A DNA stretch of 64,000 nucleotides from Candidatus Anderseniibacteriota bacterium (GCA_021414205.1 JAIOOW010000002.1:340171-404170); one strand, 5' to 3'; positions 1-9,729 are shown, counted from the first letter of the stretch. Numbers and translations are program-made. The notes: generated by a model from the sequence alone, not told the origin.

Positions 1-300
1 AAACAACAGCTTCACAATCCCCCAAGCAACAAGCCCATATACCAGCATTGCCAGAATTGTCGTCCATTCAAAGATGCTTCCAGCAATCTTCGTTATATGG
101 AACACGCTTAAAAACGGTGCCGTAAATACATATGTCACCCCATAAATAAAGCTGGTAAACCCTGCTCCTGGGTTTGCGCCCGTAAGCTTAAGCAAAAACC
201 TAAACATCAACAATATTTCAAGCAATCCTAAAATGTACCACACGATTTGCGTGCCTCTATAAAGAGGTTTTGTACTATTAGAAGTATATGATGAGTCCAT
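1..300 (-). CDS. YggT-family membrane protein (3' end outside window)
   Basis: ATG at 300; manual translation MDSSYTSNSTKPLYRGTQIVWYILGLLEILLMFRFLLKLTGANPGAGFTSFIYGVT...APF; R-x-LL-K-x-x-GANP pattern. Confidence 0.65.
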   Translation of the reverse strand, partial: MDSSYTSNSTKPLYRGTQIVWYILGLLEILLMFRFLLKLTGANPGAGFTSFIYGVTYVFTAPFLSVFHITKIAGSIFEWTTILAMLVYGLVAWGIVKLLF

Positions 301-371
301 ATGATTTGGTTGTAAAAAGCTAAATTAGCCTATCTACGTAAACCCTACTCTTGTTGCTGGCAATCTCCTAA

Positions 372-764
372 TTACTCACTTGTCTTTCCATCAAAATGCT
401 CCGTATCCAATTCAGCCTCAGCCTTAGTTGCATGAACAACGCCATCTTTATGATGAGGCGGCATATACAACGTATATAACTTCATCGACCCCTTATCAGA
501 ATTTATAATATTATGCTTTACTCCAGCAGGAACAATAATAACGCTGCCGTCTGTAAGATCGTGAGATATGTCGTTGAGCACTGCAACGCCTGAGCCTTTC
601 TCTACGCGTAAAAATTGATCTACATCATGAACCTCTTCCCCTATATCTTCTCCGGGCAATAACGACATCAATACCAGCTGGCTATTCGTATCCGTATACA
701 GCACTTTTCTAAAATTATCGTTTTCAAGCGAAACTTTCTCTATATTTGTAACATATCCGTTCAT
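372..764 (-). CDS. Cupin domain protein
   Basis: GEEVH-x-VDQF and VPAGVKHNIIN cupin motifs. Confidence 0.85.
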   Translation of the reverse strand: MNGYVTNIEKVSLENDNFRKVLYTDTNSQLVLMSLLPGEDIGEEVHDVDQFLRVEKGSGVAVLNDISHDLTDGSVIIVPAGVKHNIINSDKGSMKLYTLYMPPHHKDGVVHATKAEAELDTEHFDGKTSE

Positions 765-803
765 ATGAATACTGTACCAATAATAAAAGGTGAGCGACAG
801 TCT

Positions 804-1334
804 TTATTTTTCCTTTATCTTTGTACTAATGTAGAGATGCGTAATAAGAACTCCAACAACAATCCCTGAGACAAGAAAAGCAAGCTCGCGCCTCATGAGC
901 ACTTGGTGATCGATTCGTTCGCGTGCTTGCACTAAGAATCCCGTTTCTTGTTGCATGCCGCTAGCATCAGTAAAGTGCAGATCTATATCAAAATAATTTT
1001 CTCGAGAAAACGCATATGAAAAATCCAGCACTCCGTTTACATCCGTCGTTGCCTGGGCGCTATATATAATTGTATCTTTCGACTCATCCCCTAAAAACGT
1101 ATCCGTCACAGTAACTTCTACAGGAAGATTACTTAATGGCGCATCGGTCTTACTATTCGTAAATACAAACGGTAAATGAACTTGCTCGCCGACAAACGGG
1201 GATAATGGCGTTTGATTCAAAAATATTATCGTGTCTCCGACAACCTTTTCTACTCCACCATGGGCAAATGCGCTAATAGGTCCGGCAAAAATACCGGCGC
1301 ATACCAGAGCAATAAAAAGATTGCGCCTATTCAC
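804..1334 (-). CDS. Secreted/membrane-anchored hypothetical protein
   Basis: Signal peptide ending AFA-HGG, beta-rich body, C-terminal TM plus basic tail. Confidence 0.65.
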   Translation of the reverse strand: MNRRNLFIALVCAGIFAGPISAFAHGGVEKVVGDTIIFLNQTPLSPFVGEQVHLPFVFTNSKTDAPLSNLPVEVTVTDTFLGDESKDTIIYSAQATTDVNGVLDFSYAFSRENYFDIDLHFTDASGMQQETGFLVQARERIDHQVLMRRELAFLVSGIVVGVLITHLYISTKIKEK

Positions 1335-1337
1335 GAT

Positions 1338-1493
1338 TTATTTTACGAAATGGCTTATTGCAACACCGATGAAGTATGGCCATACAATAATAGCCAGCAC
1401 GCCTTTCCAAAAGGATAGGTGTAAGAAGCCGATTGTAAACAACCAGCCAATAAACCATAACCCGCCCGATGTTGCATGATGATGAGCTTTCAT
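1338..1493 (-). CDS. Small membrane protein
   Basis: MKAHHH...GGLWFIGWLFTIGFLHLSFWKGVLAIIVWPY; start moved to internal Met. Confidence 0.6.
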   Translation of the reverse strand: MKAHHHATSGGLWFIGWLFTIGFLHLSFWKGVLAIIVWPYFIGVAISHFVK

Positions 1494-1560
1494 ACTCTCG
1501 AGTGTATCCCATTTCCAAATACCTGCCAATATAATCAATAAATATTGGTATACTAGGAAC

Positions 1561-1782
1561 ATGCACAAACTTCCCGCAGATTTCAAACAGGCAATCGCAT
1601 CCGACAAAGCAGTTCAGGCGTTGTGGAACGACATCACTCCGCTTGCCCGCAATGAATGGATTTGCTGGGTAACCTCCGGTAAGAAAGCAGAAACGCGAGG
1701 TATTCGCATTAAAAAAGGTCTTTCAAAAATGAGGGGCGGTATGCGCCGACCCTGCTGCTGGGTCGGATGCCCGCATCGATAA
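1561..1782 (+). CDS. YdeI/OmpD-associated family protein
   Basis: W-x-x-ITPLARNEWICWV-x-S-x-KK-x-ETR-x-x-RI motif; RRPCCW tail. Confidence 0.8.
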   Translation: MHKLPADFKQAIASDKAVQALWNDITPLARNEWICWVTSGKKAETRGIRIKKGLSKMRGGMRRPCCWVGCPHR

Positions 1783-1784
1783 TC

Positions 1785-2081
1785 TTAAAAGAGCAAAATC
1801 GTAACGAGTGCTCCAAGGAGCAGCGTAGATGCGATCACGTTTAATACCGACGATATCGTTATTGAAACCAATCCTCGATGGAGTGCGTATACAAGCCACA
1901 CGATACTATTTATCCAGATAATCACGGACGTAATCATGGAAACTCCCGCAACCTGTCCTGTTGTAATGACTTGCAGTGCCTGCGGGAACATCGAGATGCC
2001 CGATAATATCCCATTCGCAAATGCTAGTCGATCGATAAGGTGTGTATGTAACATCGGATTTCTCTTCCCCTCTTTTCTCAT
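1785..2081 (-). CDS. SemiSWEET/PQ-loop family transporter
   Basis: About 3 TM helices; FPQA...GVS motif. Confidence 0.65.
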   Translation of the reverse strand: MRKEGKRNPMLHTHLIDRLAFANGILSGISMFPQALQVITTGQVAGVSMITSVIIWINSIVWLVYALHRGLVSITISSVLNVIASTLLLGALVTILLF

Positions 2082-2359
2082 GCCATTATTCTATCATCAA
2101 AAAATCCCGAGTGCACTAAAATTTCCCATAACAAAATCAGATACGAATGAACGATGCTTTTCTGCCTACAACAATTTGCTATATCAATTCCACTTATACA
2201 AGTGTCATGCAAATTTGACACTATAAAACAAAAAAAGCTTGGTCAAAGAAGAAAATAATTGAATGCTTGTACATAAGGAGGTGTGCATCCTTCAAAATAA
2301 AAATTGAAATAAACGTGAATACCTCTATGCCTCTTATTTAATACATAACACATTACAAT

Positions 2360-2617
2360 ATGAGCAAACGTACAAATTCACATTTCAAAAAAACAACATC
2401 CCAAATAATGCTCCTCCTAAATCATAACGAGTTATCCTTCCGCGAACTCGTATGGAACCTTCGCCAAGATGAGAAAGAAATTTCGCGAGATGTAAAAAAA
2501 CTTGTTGCAGATGGCGTCATCGCACGGAAGTTTCACCATAACGACGTCATGTACACAAGAGTTCACGAAACTCCGATCGTGCACATTCTCCATACGTTAG
2601 AACAACGACTCAGGTAA
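2360..2617 (+). CDS. Winged-helix DNA-binding protein (ArsR/MarR-like)
   Basis: ELSFRELV...ISRDVKKLVADGVI wHTH pattern. Confidence 0.55.
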   Translation: MSKRTNSHFKKTTSQIMLLLNHNELSFRELVWNLRQDEKEISRDVKKLVADGVIARKFHHNDVMYTRVHETPIVHILHTLEQRLR

Positions 2618-2647
2618 TTCATTTAATTCATAACTACATTCCACTCT

Positions 2648-2794
2648 ATGACTATAGGAATCTCAACAATAAGCCCGCTCGCATCACTTATATTCGGAAT
2701 ATTGATTTTACTATTCCCTCAGTTCTTAAATTATTTCGTCGCAATCTATCTGATCATCATTGGATTAGTAGGACTGGGAATATTCGGTGTATAA
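2648..2794 (+). CDS. DUF3096-like small membrane protein (48 aa, absent from ORF track)
   Basis: Manual translation MTIGISTISPLASLIFGILILLFPQFLNYFVAIYLIIIGLVGLGIFGV. Confidence 0.7.
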   Translation: MTIGISTISPLASLIFGILILLFPQFLNYFVAIYLIIIGLVGLGIFGV

Positions 2795-2807
2795 CCCTTG
2801 CTCACCC

Positions 2808-3047
2808 CTATTTGCTAAACAGGTTTGATATTTTTAACTTCGCAACTCCAAACAGGTAAACTATTTCAAGAACTCCGAGCGTGTTTACAACCATAAATAT
2901 CACAAACCACCACTGCTGGCCTTTTCGCGCAGAATGCCACAGAGCAAGGCCTTTCCAAAAAATACTCCAAAATACTGCTACTACAGCAAGGCTGCCAAAC
3001 AGTGCGGGCAACCCTGACCCTAACCCAAGAGAAGAAACGTCAATCAT
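2808..3047 (-). CDS. DUF5652-family membrane protein
   Basis: WSIFWKGLALWHSAR-x-x-Q-x-x-WF...NTLGVLEIVYL. Confidence 0.75.
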   Translation of the reverse strand: MIDVSSLGLGSGLPALFGSLAVVAVFWSIFWKGLALWHSARKGQQWWFVIFMVVNTLGVLEIVYLFGVAKLKISNLFSK

Positions 3048-3110
3048 ACGTGTAACATACATCCCAATGACGATTTCGACTATGGGTATAGTGCGTGATA
3101 AGATACCACT

Positions 3111-3713
3111 ATGAGAAAGATAGTTGTCTTTATGATGATCAGCCTGGACGGAGTCATGCAGGCTCCGGGCGCGCCAGACGAGGATATCTCAGGAAACTTT
3201 CAGTATGGCGGCTGGACGGCACCATATTCCGATGAATCATTCGGCGACATACTCAAGCAAGAATTAAGCGTGTCGTTTGATTTGTTGCTCGGGAAAAAAA
3301 CGTATGAGATATTCGCTGCATATTGGCCTAAGCAAACAGGCTTCATAGCTGACCCATTCAATGCAGCAAAAAAATACGTTGTATCAGATGAACCAATGGA
3401 ACTCACCTGGGAAAAATCAATCCTTATTCATGATGATGTGATTGCAAATATACAAGCATTAAAACAAGAGGATGGTCCTACATTTCACGTGTGGGGAAGC
3501 AGCGTACTCAACCAAACCCTTTTACAGAACGACCTAGTTGACGAACTACGACTACGTATATACCCCGTTACAATCGGAAGCGGAAAGCGTTTCTTTGGAG
3601 AAGGAACAATCCCTGCCGCGTTTGAATTGATCAACTCCCAAGCGTTACCGAGTGGCGTCATCCTCGCCAACTATAAACGAGCTGGCGAACTTACAACGGG
3701 TTCAGTTATTTAA
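3111..3713 (+). CDS. Dihydrofolate reductase-like (RibD C-terminal) protein
   Basis: SLDGVMQAPG, LLGKKTYE, LVDEL-x-L-x-IYPV-x-x-G-x-GKRF. Confidence 0.9.
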   Translation: MRKIVVFMMISLDGVMQAPGAPDEDISGNFQYGGWTAPYSDESFGDILKQELSVSFDLLLGKKTYEIFAAYWPKQTGFIADPFNAAKKYVVSDEPMELTWEKSILIHDDVIANIQALKQEDGPTFHVWGSSVLNQTLLQNDLVDELRLRIYPVTIGSGKRFFGEGTIPAAFELINSQALPSGVILANYKRAGELTTGSVI

Positions 3714-3719
3714 ATGCAA

Positions 3720-4172
3720 TTACGCGAAGAAGCTTGCAAGTAGCGCAATAAGGAGAATACTTACCAAATTCGAAAGACTATCTGAAAAGAATTTCTTCCA
3801 TGCGATTTTCGGATCGCAATTGCTCCACAAAATCCCCTGGCCAATAATTGGCACCATAAATGCCAGCCAATTAAATACTACGAAGCTAATCGCCATGGAT
3901 ACTGGCACGCGATTTTGAATGCTCAAGGAAACCACAAATACTACCGCAAACGAAGTTAAAAGCGATAATCCAATTTGCCCTGCATACATCTTCGGCATCA
4001 TAGGCTTTGCCTCGATCATTTTCTTTTTCTTTTCCTCTTCGGAAAGCTTGTCGAATCCAAGATACTGCATGTGGATTTTCCCCATTGGAGTTGCATTGGA
4101 ATACCACAACGTGCCAACTACGGCATACACTACTGCACCAACAAGCGAAAGAATAAGTAAAGTAATAATCAT
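3720..4172 (-). CDS. DUF1761-like membrane protein
   Basis: G-x-LWYS motif, 4 TM helices. Confidence 0.6.
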   Translation of the reverse strand: MIITLLILSLVGAVVYAVVGTLWYSNATPMGKIHMQYLGFDKLSEEEKKKKMIEAKPMMPKMYAGQIGLSLLTSFAVVFVVSLSIQNRVPVSMAISFVVFNWLAFMVPIIGQGILWSNCDPKIAWKKFFSDSLSNLVSILLIALLASFFA

Positions 4173-4296
4173 AAATAACAGTTATATATAATATTTTTAC
4201 TATACACCGAATGCCCTTTGCGGCTATATAAAAACCCCACAAGCAGTGCGCGCCTATGGGGCAGAATAAATACCAATGCGTTTACGAAGCAAGGCC

Positions 4297-4671
4297 CTAT
4301 CCAAACAGGACGTGGGTGTAGTGCGGCGGAAAATCATGCGGCAAGTGAAGAGATTGTCGCAGCGGCTGATACAGACTATCCCATACCATCCTGCCACACA
4401 CACTATCGAACGTTTCATAGCCAGCGCACTCAGTCATAGGTTTTGTCTTGAAATAGAAACGGTCGTAAATGCGATCCATAATTTCTTTATTTGCGGCGAC
4501 AAACCGTTCCGCAGTCAGCCAGTCAAGCATTGCTCGATCGTGATGAGAAGACGAAACACATTCATAGAGAACTTGCGCAAGCTTTCTGATGCAAAATTCA
4601 CGCACTTCTTCATAGGATCGCATGCCACACTCCTTCGCTTTGAGAAAAGGGCTCCAGTAAATACCTCTCAT
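4297..4671 (-). CDS. Hypothetical protein
   Basis: 124 aa ORF with upstream TTGACA (minus strand, near 4700) and a downstream hairpin plus T-run near 4229-4263. Confidence 0.45.
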   Translation of the reverse strand: MRGIYWSPFLKAKECGMRSYEEVREFCIRKLAQVLYECVSSSHHDRAMLDWLTAERFVAANKEIMDRIYDRFYFKTKPMTECAGYETFDSVCGRMVWDSLYQPLRQSLHLPHDFPPHYTHVLFG

Positions 4672-4798
4672 ATTGTTCTATCCAAGAATGAAAATGTCAA
4701 CCAGTAGCTAAAGCTACGCACCACTTGACGCAAAAGGATATATGGGATATATTGCAACCCTGTACATTTCACCCCTCTATACGTTCGGAGAACAAAAG

Positions 4799-5821
4799 AT
4801 GGAACACCACGCAGAACATCCGGTTTTTGGCAAGTGCCAAGTTACCGGGGTCAAAGAGTACGTACAGCGTGCTTTGCCAGAATTTTGCCAGCGACTCGGT
4901 TTGAATTCCACAACCTCCAAGACACTTGAAAGCCTTGGATGCGCAAGCCTGCAAGCAGCTGCCGCAATGATCGAAACTTCCTGCATGTTAGGAGAAGTTG
5001 CGCCACTCAAAGAGTCTCGAGAATTCTGGCTAAAGCTTGGCCAAGTCCTCGTCGGACACGGCAGCATGCTTGTCGGAGAAGATTACCTGCAAGCAGCAAT
5101 GAACCACTTGCAAAGCGGTGGCAACGTCTTGCTTATCCAGAATCACCGTTCTGGAGCAGACACGCTACTAATGGAAGCGTTAGTGAATCAGTATTTTGGA
5201 TACGACGCTACGGCTGACTGGGCCTACATGTCCGGACACGCCGTCAACCTCTTCCTCTTGCCGCTCATGTTTACAGCAGCAGTTCGAAGATTCCAGATTT
5301 TTTCTGCAAAGTACCAATCGACCGGCCTGCCTGGCATGGCAGATGCAACAACCATGGGCATTCAAAACGTCAAAGCCCTTACAAGTCTTTCCCGATACTG
5401 CCGCCAAGGAGGCAAGCTAGTTGGGCTATATCCAGAAGGCGGTCGCGGAGAGACGTGCATGAAGCGAGGCGAAAGCAAAACGTCTTGCATTTTCAAGCTG
5501 ATGGCTCACAACAGCACGTCACTCCTCATCTTGCCAACATACGTTGATGGGTCGGCAAGCATTCTTCCCGTAGTGCGTGGAAGCAATGAATATAATGAGG
5601 TATTCATGCACGCTCGGGTTGGAACTGGTACGCTCTCGATCGGTAAACCCATACCTTGGGAAGCACTGGAACAGGCTGCGAAGGAGATGTCCGACAGGCT
5701 CAATCAGCCATGCGAGCAATCTATTTGCGATGCAGGGTTGGCGCTTGTAGCTCAACTTGCTCCCAATGCCGAACAACGGGGACCATACGAAACAATTCGT
5801 TTCTCACGGCCTCCAGCATAA
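4799..5821 (+). CDS. Glycerol-3-phosphate acyltransferase-like (PlsC superfamily; soluble plastid/Chlamydia type)
   Basis: NVLLIQNHRSGAD (HX4D) and LYPEGGR blocks; GGAG before ATG at 4799. Confidence 0.7.
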   Translation: MEHHAEHPVFGKCQVTGVKEYVQRALPEFCQRLGLNSTTSKTLESLGCASLQAAAAMIETSCMLGEVAPLKESREFWLKLGQVLVGHGSMLVGEDYLQAAMNHLQSGGNVLLIQNHRSGADTLLMEALVNQYFGYDATADWAYMSGHAVNLFLLPLMFTAAVRRFQIFSAKYQSTGLPGMADATTMGIQNVKALTSLSRYCRQGGKLVGLYPEGGRGETCMKRGESKTSCIFKLMAHNSTSLLILPTYVDGSASILPVVRGSNEYNEVFMHARVGTGTLSIGKPIPWEALEQAAKEMSDRLNQPCEQSICDAGLALVAQLAPNAEQRGPYETIRFSRPPA

Positions 5822-5839
5822 CTACCTCAGGAGAAAAGC

Positions 5840-6457
5840 ATGAGAGTTATCGGTCTTACTGCTCCAGTGCAAACTGGAAAGATTCAGCTTACTCATGTGT
5901 TCAAAAACCATGGATATCGTTTTGTGGATCTGAACGATTTCATCTACGACGACCGGCGCGCTGGAAGCGCCAAGTACGATTACTACCAACGTCGCTGGCC
6001 AGGCTGCCTCGATGAGGAAGGAGTCGAAACGGGCAGGTTCTACCAAACGCTGGATCGCGCGACGTTTCAAGATCTTCTCAATGCCGACATGGCAATGGTA
6101 ACGCTCCACACGTTGGAAGAAATCGAGAAAGCGCGAAGAGAGGGAGTAGACGTAGTGCTCAGCTGGGAATATCTTGCGAGAATCTCCCAGCACTTGAGCA
6201 TTGATCAACTCCTCATCTTTCAATCAGATAACACTATCTGGCTTGATCGGCTCAAAAAGCGCGCAACTGAGCTCGGATGGAGCACCATTCCTACGGACGA
6301 TCAGCTTTGGGCCATCATCGACATGCTCGATGTGCGTCCCGAGACGATCAATCAAGAATGTATCCGCACCTTTTCTCCAAAACAGATATCGCGCATAGAC
6401 GTGAGCCCTGATGACTGGGGCGCATGCAATCTTGCAACCCTGCTCAGATCGCTCTAA
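5840..6457 (+). CDS. Dephospho-CoA kinase-like P-loop kinase
   Basis: N-terminal VIGLTAPVQTGK resembles CoaE IGLTG-x-x-x-SGK; RLKKR lid; GGAG SD. Confidence 0.55.
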   Translation: MRVIGLTAPVQTGKIQLTHVFKNHGYRFVDLNDFIYDDRRAGSAKYDYYQRRWPGCLDEEGVETGRFYQTLDRATFQDLLNADMAMVTLHTLEEIEKARREGVDVVLSWEYLARISQHLSIDQLLIFQSDNTIWLDRLKKRATELGWSTIPTDDQLWAIIDMLDVRPETINQECIRTFSPKQISRIDVSPDDWGACNLATLLRSL

Positions 6458-6470
6458 GCAACGTATCGCC

Positions 6471-6500
6471 GCCCTCCTGGTTTTTCCGGGAGGCGTTTTT
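6471..6500 (+). terminator. Rho-independent terminator
   Basis: CTCCTGG-TTTTT-CCGGGAG stem followed by GCGTTTTT. Confidence 0.7.
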
Positions 6501-6586
6501 ATTTATTCAAACAAGCGCGAGAGATACGTACTACTCGCAAAAAACTCCCGCTTCAAGCAATTGGCTTGTAACGCGACTATATCCCA

Positions 6587-6961
6587 TTACTTCCAAAGTA
6601 CTTTAGTGCGAAGCCAACCACCAAGAACCACGGCAGGGATAGCAGTAACAGCAATCATTATCGGATACCAATGTGCCGACAGGTTCCACCCACCAATCAC
6701 TCCGGCGATACCTCCAAGCTGCCCGATACCTGCAAGTACCCACACATGCTTCATCTTACTATTTGGCGCGATCAAAGCGGTGATATACCCGCCTAAAACC
6801 GTATAAATAATTCGATACACAAGCGCGAATACGAGCATTCCCGTAGTTAATGCTAGAGGGAAAATGCCAGTATATTCCACAAGCGTATCGGTACCAGTAG
6901 AAAGCACCACGACAACGATAAACCCCACTACGACGGCTCCAATACTTTTTAAGATATTCAT
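6587..6961 (-). CDS. Membrane protein
   Basis: 4 hydrophobic helices; GGYITALIAP and WYP motifs. Confidence 0.7.
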   Translation of the reverse strand: MNILKSIGAVVVGFIVVVVLSTGTDTLVEYTGIFPLALTTGMLVFALVYRIIYTVLGGYITALIAPNSKMKHVWVLAGIGQLGGIAGVIGGWNLSAHWYPIMIAVTAIPAVVLGGWLRTKVLWK

Positions 6962-7009
6962 ACAAATAGCATACCCCACGCAATGCATAGAGTTAAATAC
7001 TGAGTTCTT

Positions 7010-7465
7010 TTAATCCAAATTCCCCGACACTTCAAGAGCACTCAGAACAGATTCGCTCCATTTTTTTACATTATCCACGTATGCACCCAAACCACCCCTT
7101 ACGACGTCTGACGCAAGAATAGTCCAATCCGGCTTTACGGGATACGCACCTCGATCTTCTGCCGTACCCGTAATTTTCCAATCGCGAACATCCGATGCAA
7201 GGCTCTCTTTATGTAATTCATCATGCTCTCGAAAAGAGCTCGGATTACGAACAAACTCTTGAAGGGAAACTTTCGCGTTTTCTAATCCTTTTCGCGAATA
7301 CAAACTTGGGTGTTGCAGATTATAAGCAAGCACGGTGAGATGATGAATTTTGCCAACGCCATTAAAATCTTCAAAATCCCATGTAATCATCTCGTGTAAG
7401 TAGTCACGGCACTCCTTGCCATCGTCAAGAGGCGCCCCGCATTCAACACATTGCACTATATCCAT
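7010..7465 (-). CDS. DUF5946-like protein
   Basis: CVECGA N-terminus; HHLTVLAYNLQHP motif. Confidence 0.65.
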   Translation of the reverse strand: MDIVQCVECGAPLDDGKECRDYLHEMITWDFEDFNGVGKIHHLTVLAYNLQHPSLYSRKGLENAKVSLQEFVRNPSSFREHDELHKESLASDVRDWKITGTAEDRGAYPVKPDWTILASDVVRGGLGAYVDNVKKWSESVLSALEVSGNLD

Positions 7466-7489
7466 ACAGAATATGGTAGCACAGGGGAT

Positions 7490-7918
7490 TTACCGCAACT
7501 TCTTCTCCCAAGCCCCTAATTGCTCGCTCAATTCACCCAATTTCTTCTGCTCTGGTGAAGTAAAGTATTCCTCTGAAAGCTCCTCGAGCCGCTTCATGCT
7601 TTCATCGAGATACGTCTGACCCCCTTTTGCAAGCGCAACAAGACTCACTCGAGCATCTCCTTTGTTTGGCAAACGCTTCACCAAACCAATTTTCTCCATT
7701 GGAAGAAGCAGCCGCGTAATACCTGATGCTGTGAGACCCACCTTTCCAGCAAGATCTATTCGACGCATTTTCTGCTCCGTTGCTTCGCTCAAATGACGCA
7801 GAATTATAAACTCTTGGAAACTAATTCCCCCTAAACTAGAATCAAGTCGCCTGCGCAACACTGCCTCTACTCGCACGAGTTCCATAAAAAATTCTACTGC
7901 TCCGCTTATTGTCTTCAT
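7490..7918 (-). CDS. MarR-family transcriptional regulator
   Basis: DLA-x-KVGLTASGITRLL-x-x-MEK-x-GLVKR...DAR. Confidence 0.9.
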   Translation of the reverse strand: MKTISGAVEFFMELVRVEAVLRRRLDSSLGGISFQEFIILRHLSEATEQKMRRIDLAGKVGLTASGITRLLLPMEKIGLVKRLPNKGDARVSLVALAKGGQTYLDESMKRLEELSEEYFTSPEQKKLGELSEQLGAWEKKLR

Positions 7919-7935
7919 AAGTACTTATAATATAT

Positions 7936-7953
7936 TAGTTGATTAATCAAGTA
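7936..7953. promoter_or_regulatory. Candidate MarR operator
   Basis: Perfect palindrome TTGATTAATCAA (7939-7950) just upstream of marR, in the divergent promoter region. Confidence 0.55.
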
Positions 7954-8016
7954 TATTGCAAATAATAAGTAGTGTCAAGAAGAACAACCAGCCCCTGTGA
8001 TACAATGTAAGTCATT

Positions 8017-8574
8017 ATGCGAACGCTCTACTTATTTATGATGATATCCCTAGATGGATACTTCGAAGGAAAAAACCATGACCTCTCTTGGCACAATGCG
8101 AATAATGAGGAATTTCAAAATTTTGTAGCCAAACAAAATGCCACTATCGACACCATTCTTATGGGAAAAACTACGTACGAAATGATGCGAGATTTTTGGC
8201 CTAGCGAAGATGCACAAACTACCGATCCCCTTACTGCAGAGTTTATGAGTACAACAAAAAAATATGTATTCTCTCATGAGCCGTACGAACCGAAATGGGA
8301 AAATGCAGAAACAATACATGAAGATATCAATGTTCGCGTACAAGCCCTAAAAGAAGAGCCCGGCAAAGATATCGCTATTTTTGGAAGCAATATACTCGCA
8401 GTCTCTTTAATGGAAGCGGGGCTCGTAGACGAATTTCGTATCATGATAAATCCAATCGCAATAGGCGCGGGTACTCCACTATTTCACGGAATCACCAAAC
8501 CACTACAGCTTAGCCTTACCGCAACAACTCAGTTTCAATCCGGAAATGTATTGACAATATACAAGAATACGTAA
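8017..8574 (+). CDS. Dihydrofolate reductase-like (RibD C-terminal) protein
   Basis: SLDGYFEG, MGKTTYE, GLVDEFRIMINP-x-x-IGAGTPLF. Confidence 0.9.
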   Translation: MRTLYLFMMISLDGYFEGKNHDLSWHNANNEEFQNFVAKQNATIDTILMGKTTYEMMRDFWPSEDAQTTDPLTAEFMSTTKKYVFSHEPYEPKWENAETIHEDINVRVQALKEEPGKDIAIFGSNILAVSLMEAGLVDEFRIMINPIAIGAGTPLFHGITKPLQLSLTATTQFQSGNVLTIYKNT

Positions 8575-8591
8575 AGCCTCTTGATATCGCT

Positions 8592-8897
8592 TTAGATAAC
8601 CTTAGAAATCAGTAGCACTAATACAACTGCAGTAAAAATTGCGAAAATACCAATCGTACGAACAAAAAGATTTACTGCCTCTTTTTTCTTTCCTTCCATG
8701 AACAGTAGAAGCGGCTGATACAAAAAAAGGTATGACATTACAGCAGCAGAAAGAGTAAGTAGCGACAGGAATGCAACGGGTGCGCCAATCGTATCCGGCG
8801 TATCTTTAAGTTTTTGTGATAAGAAATTAATAACACCAACAACAAGAACGATGTACCCCGCGGCGCTTAGCGCATTAATAAGAGGTTTTTTGAACAT
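8592..8897 (-). CDS. Membrane protein
   Basis: 3 TM helices; LSAAVMSYLF-x-YQP-x-x-LF-x-EGKKKEA. Confidence 0.7.
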   Translation of the reverse strand: MFKKPLINALSAAGYIVLVVGVINFLSQKLKDTPDTIGAPVAFLSLLTLSAAVMSYLFLYQPLLLFMEGKKKEAVNLFVRTIGIFAIFTAVVLVLLISKVI

Positions 8898-8904
8898 AGA
8901 GTAA

Positions 8905-9333
8905 TTATATGCCTAAAGAACATTCGATGATCCACTCAATACCATACTTATCTCTGAACATACCGGCATACGTACCCCACGGACTCTCCCCCATAGCCCC
9001 TTCTACATTTCCTCCGGCAGAAAGACCATTAAATAATCTATCCGCCTCTTCTTTGCTGTCAGTGCTTATTAAAATTTTACTCCTGTTCTCGTTTTCATTT
9101 ACTTTCCCCATCACCTCCGGGACATCGTTTGCAATCAATACGCTTCCCTCACTAATGGGCAATGCAATATACATAATTTTATTCTCTTCTTTTTCTGGCA
9201 CCGGAAATTCAGCGCTCGCCAGATCTTTGAACCGGATAATTTTTGTAAACTCACCGCCAAAGACTGATTTATAAAATGTAAACGCTTCTTCGGCATTGCC
9301 GTTAAAATTAATCCAAGGGTTTATTGTTGTCAT
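8905..9333 (-). CDS. VOC/PhnB-family protein
   Basis: FNGNAEEAF-x-FY-x-SVFGG ... DKYGIEW. Confidence 0.9.
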   Translation of the reverse strand: MTTINPWINFNGNAEEAFTFYKSVFGGEFTKIIRFKDLASAEFPVPEKEENKIMYIALPISEGSVLIANDVPEVMGKVNENENRSKILISTDSKEEADRLFNGLSAGGNVEGAMGESPWGTYAGMFRDKYGIEWIIECSLGI

Positions 9334-9399
9334 ACGCCCATACTATCAAATGAACTTCATTTAATAAAGCGTTCCGGATCACTAATTTGATACAATTAA

Positions 9400-9609
9400 T
9401 TAAATCTCAGGAGCAGCTTCCCATTTAGGCTTCATCTCTGCACCCCATTTTTGCGAATCCGCTGCATGCATCTTCTCCATGTCTTTTGCAACATCAGGGT
9501 GGTTTTCCATTACATGAGTCGTCATTTTGCCAACCATTTCATCCCACGACTGAGCTGTTAACTCCTTGTCACAAGTTCCTCCCAACTCTTTACAAATCAT
9601 TTTTTTCAT
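9400..9609 (-). CDS. DUF1059-like small protein
   Basis: C-x-x-LGG-x-CD...H-x-x-x-x-H pattern. Confidence 0.6.
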   Translation of the reverse strand: MKKMICKELGGTCDKELTAQSWDEMVGKMTTHVMENHPDVAKDMEKMHAADSQKWGAEMKPKWEAAPEI

Positions 9610-9671
9610 ACCAAGTAGTATTAGTGATAATACTTGCACTGTACAAACACAGGAACAAAGACGAAAGGCTT

Positions 9672-9729
9672 TTCAATAAACCTCAGAAACGTTTCACACC
9701 GCGAAGTGGAGGGGGCAAGAACCTGTTTT
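9672..9729 (+). repeat. att-like intergenic repeat, full copy (left and right arms)
   Basis: TTCAATAAAC-CT-CAGAAACGTTT-N14-GAGGGGGCAAGAACCTG; same arms and spacing as the 13601 copy. Confidence 0.7.

Noticed and set aside
4280-4300. GTTTACGAAGCAAGGCCCTAT resembles the right arm of the att-like repeat
   Set aside because: Too degenerate to count without a statistical model.
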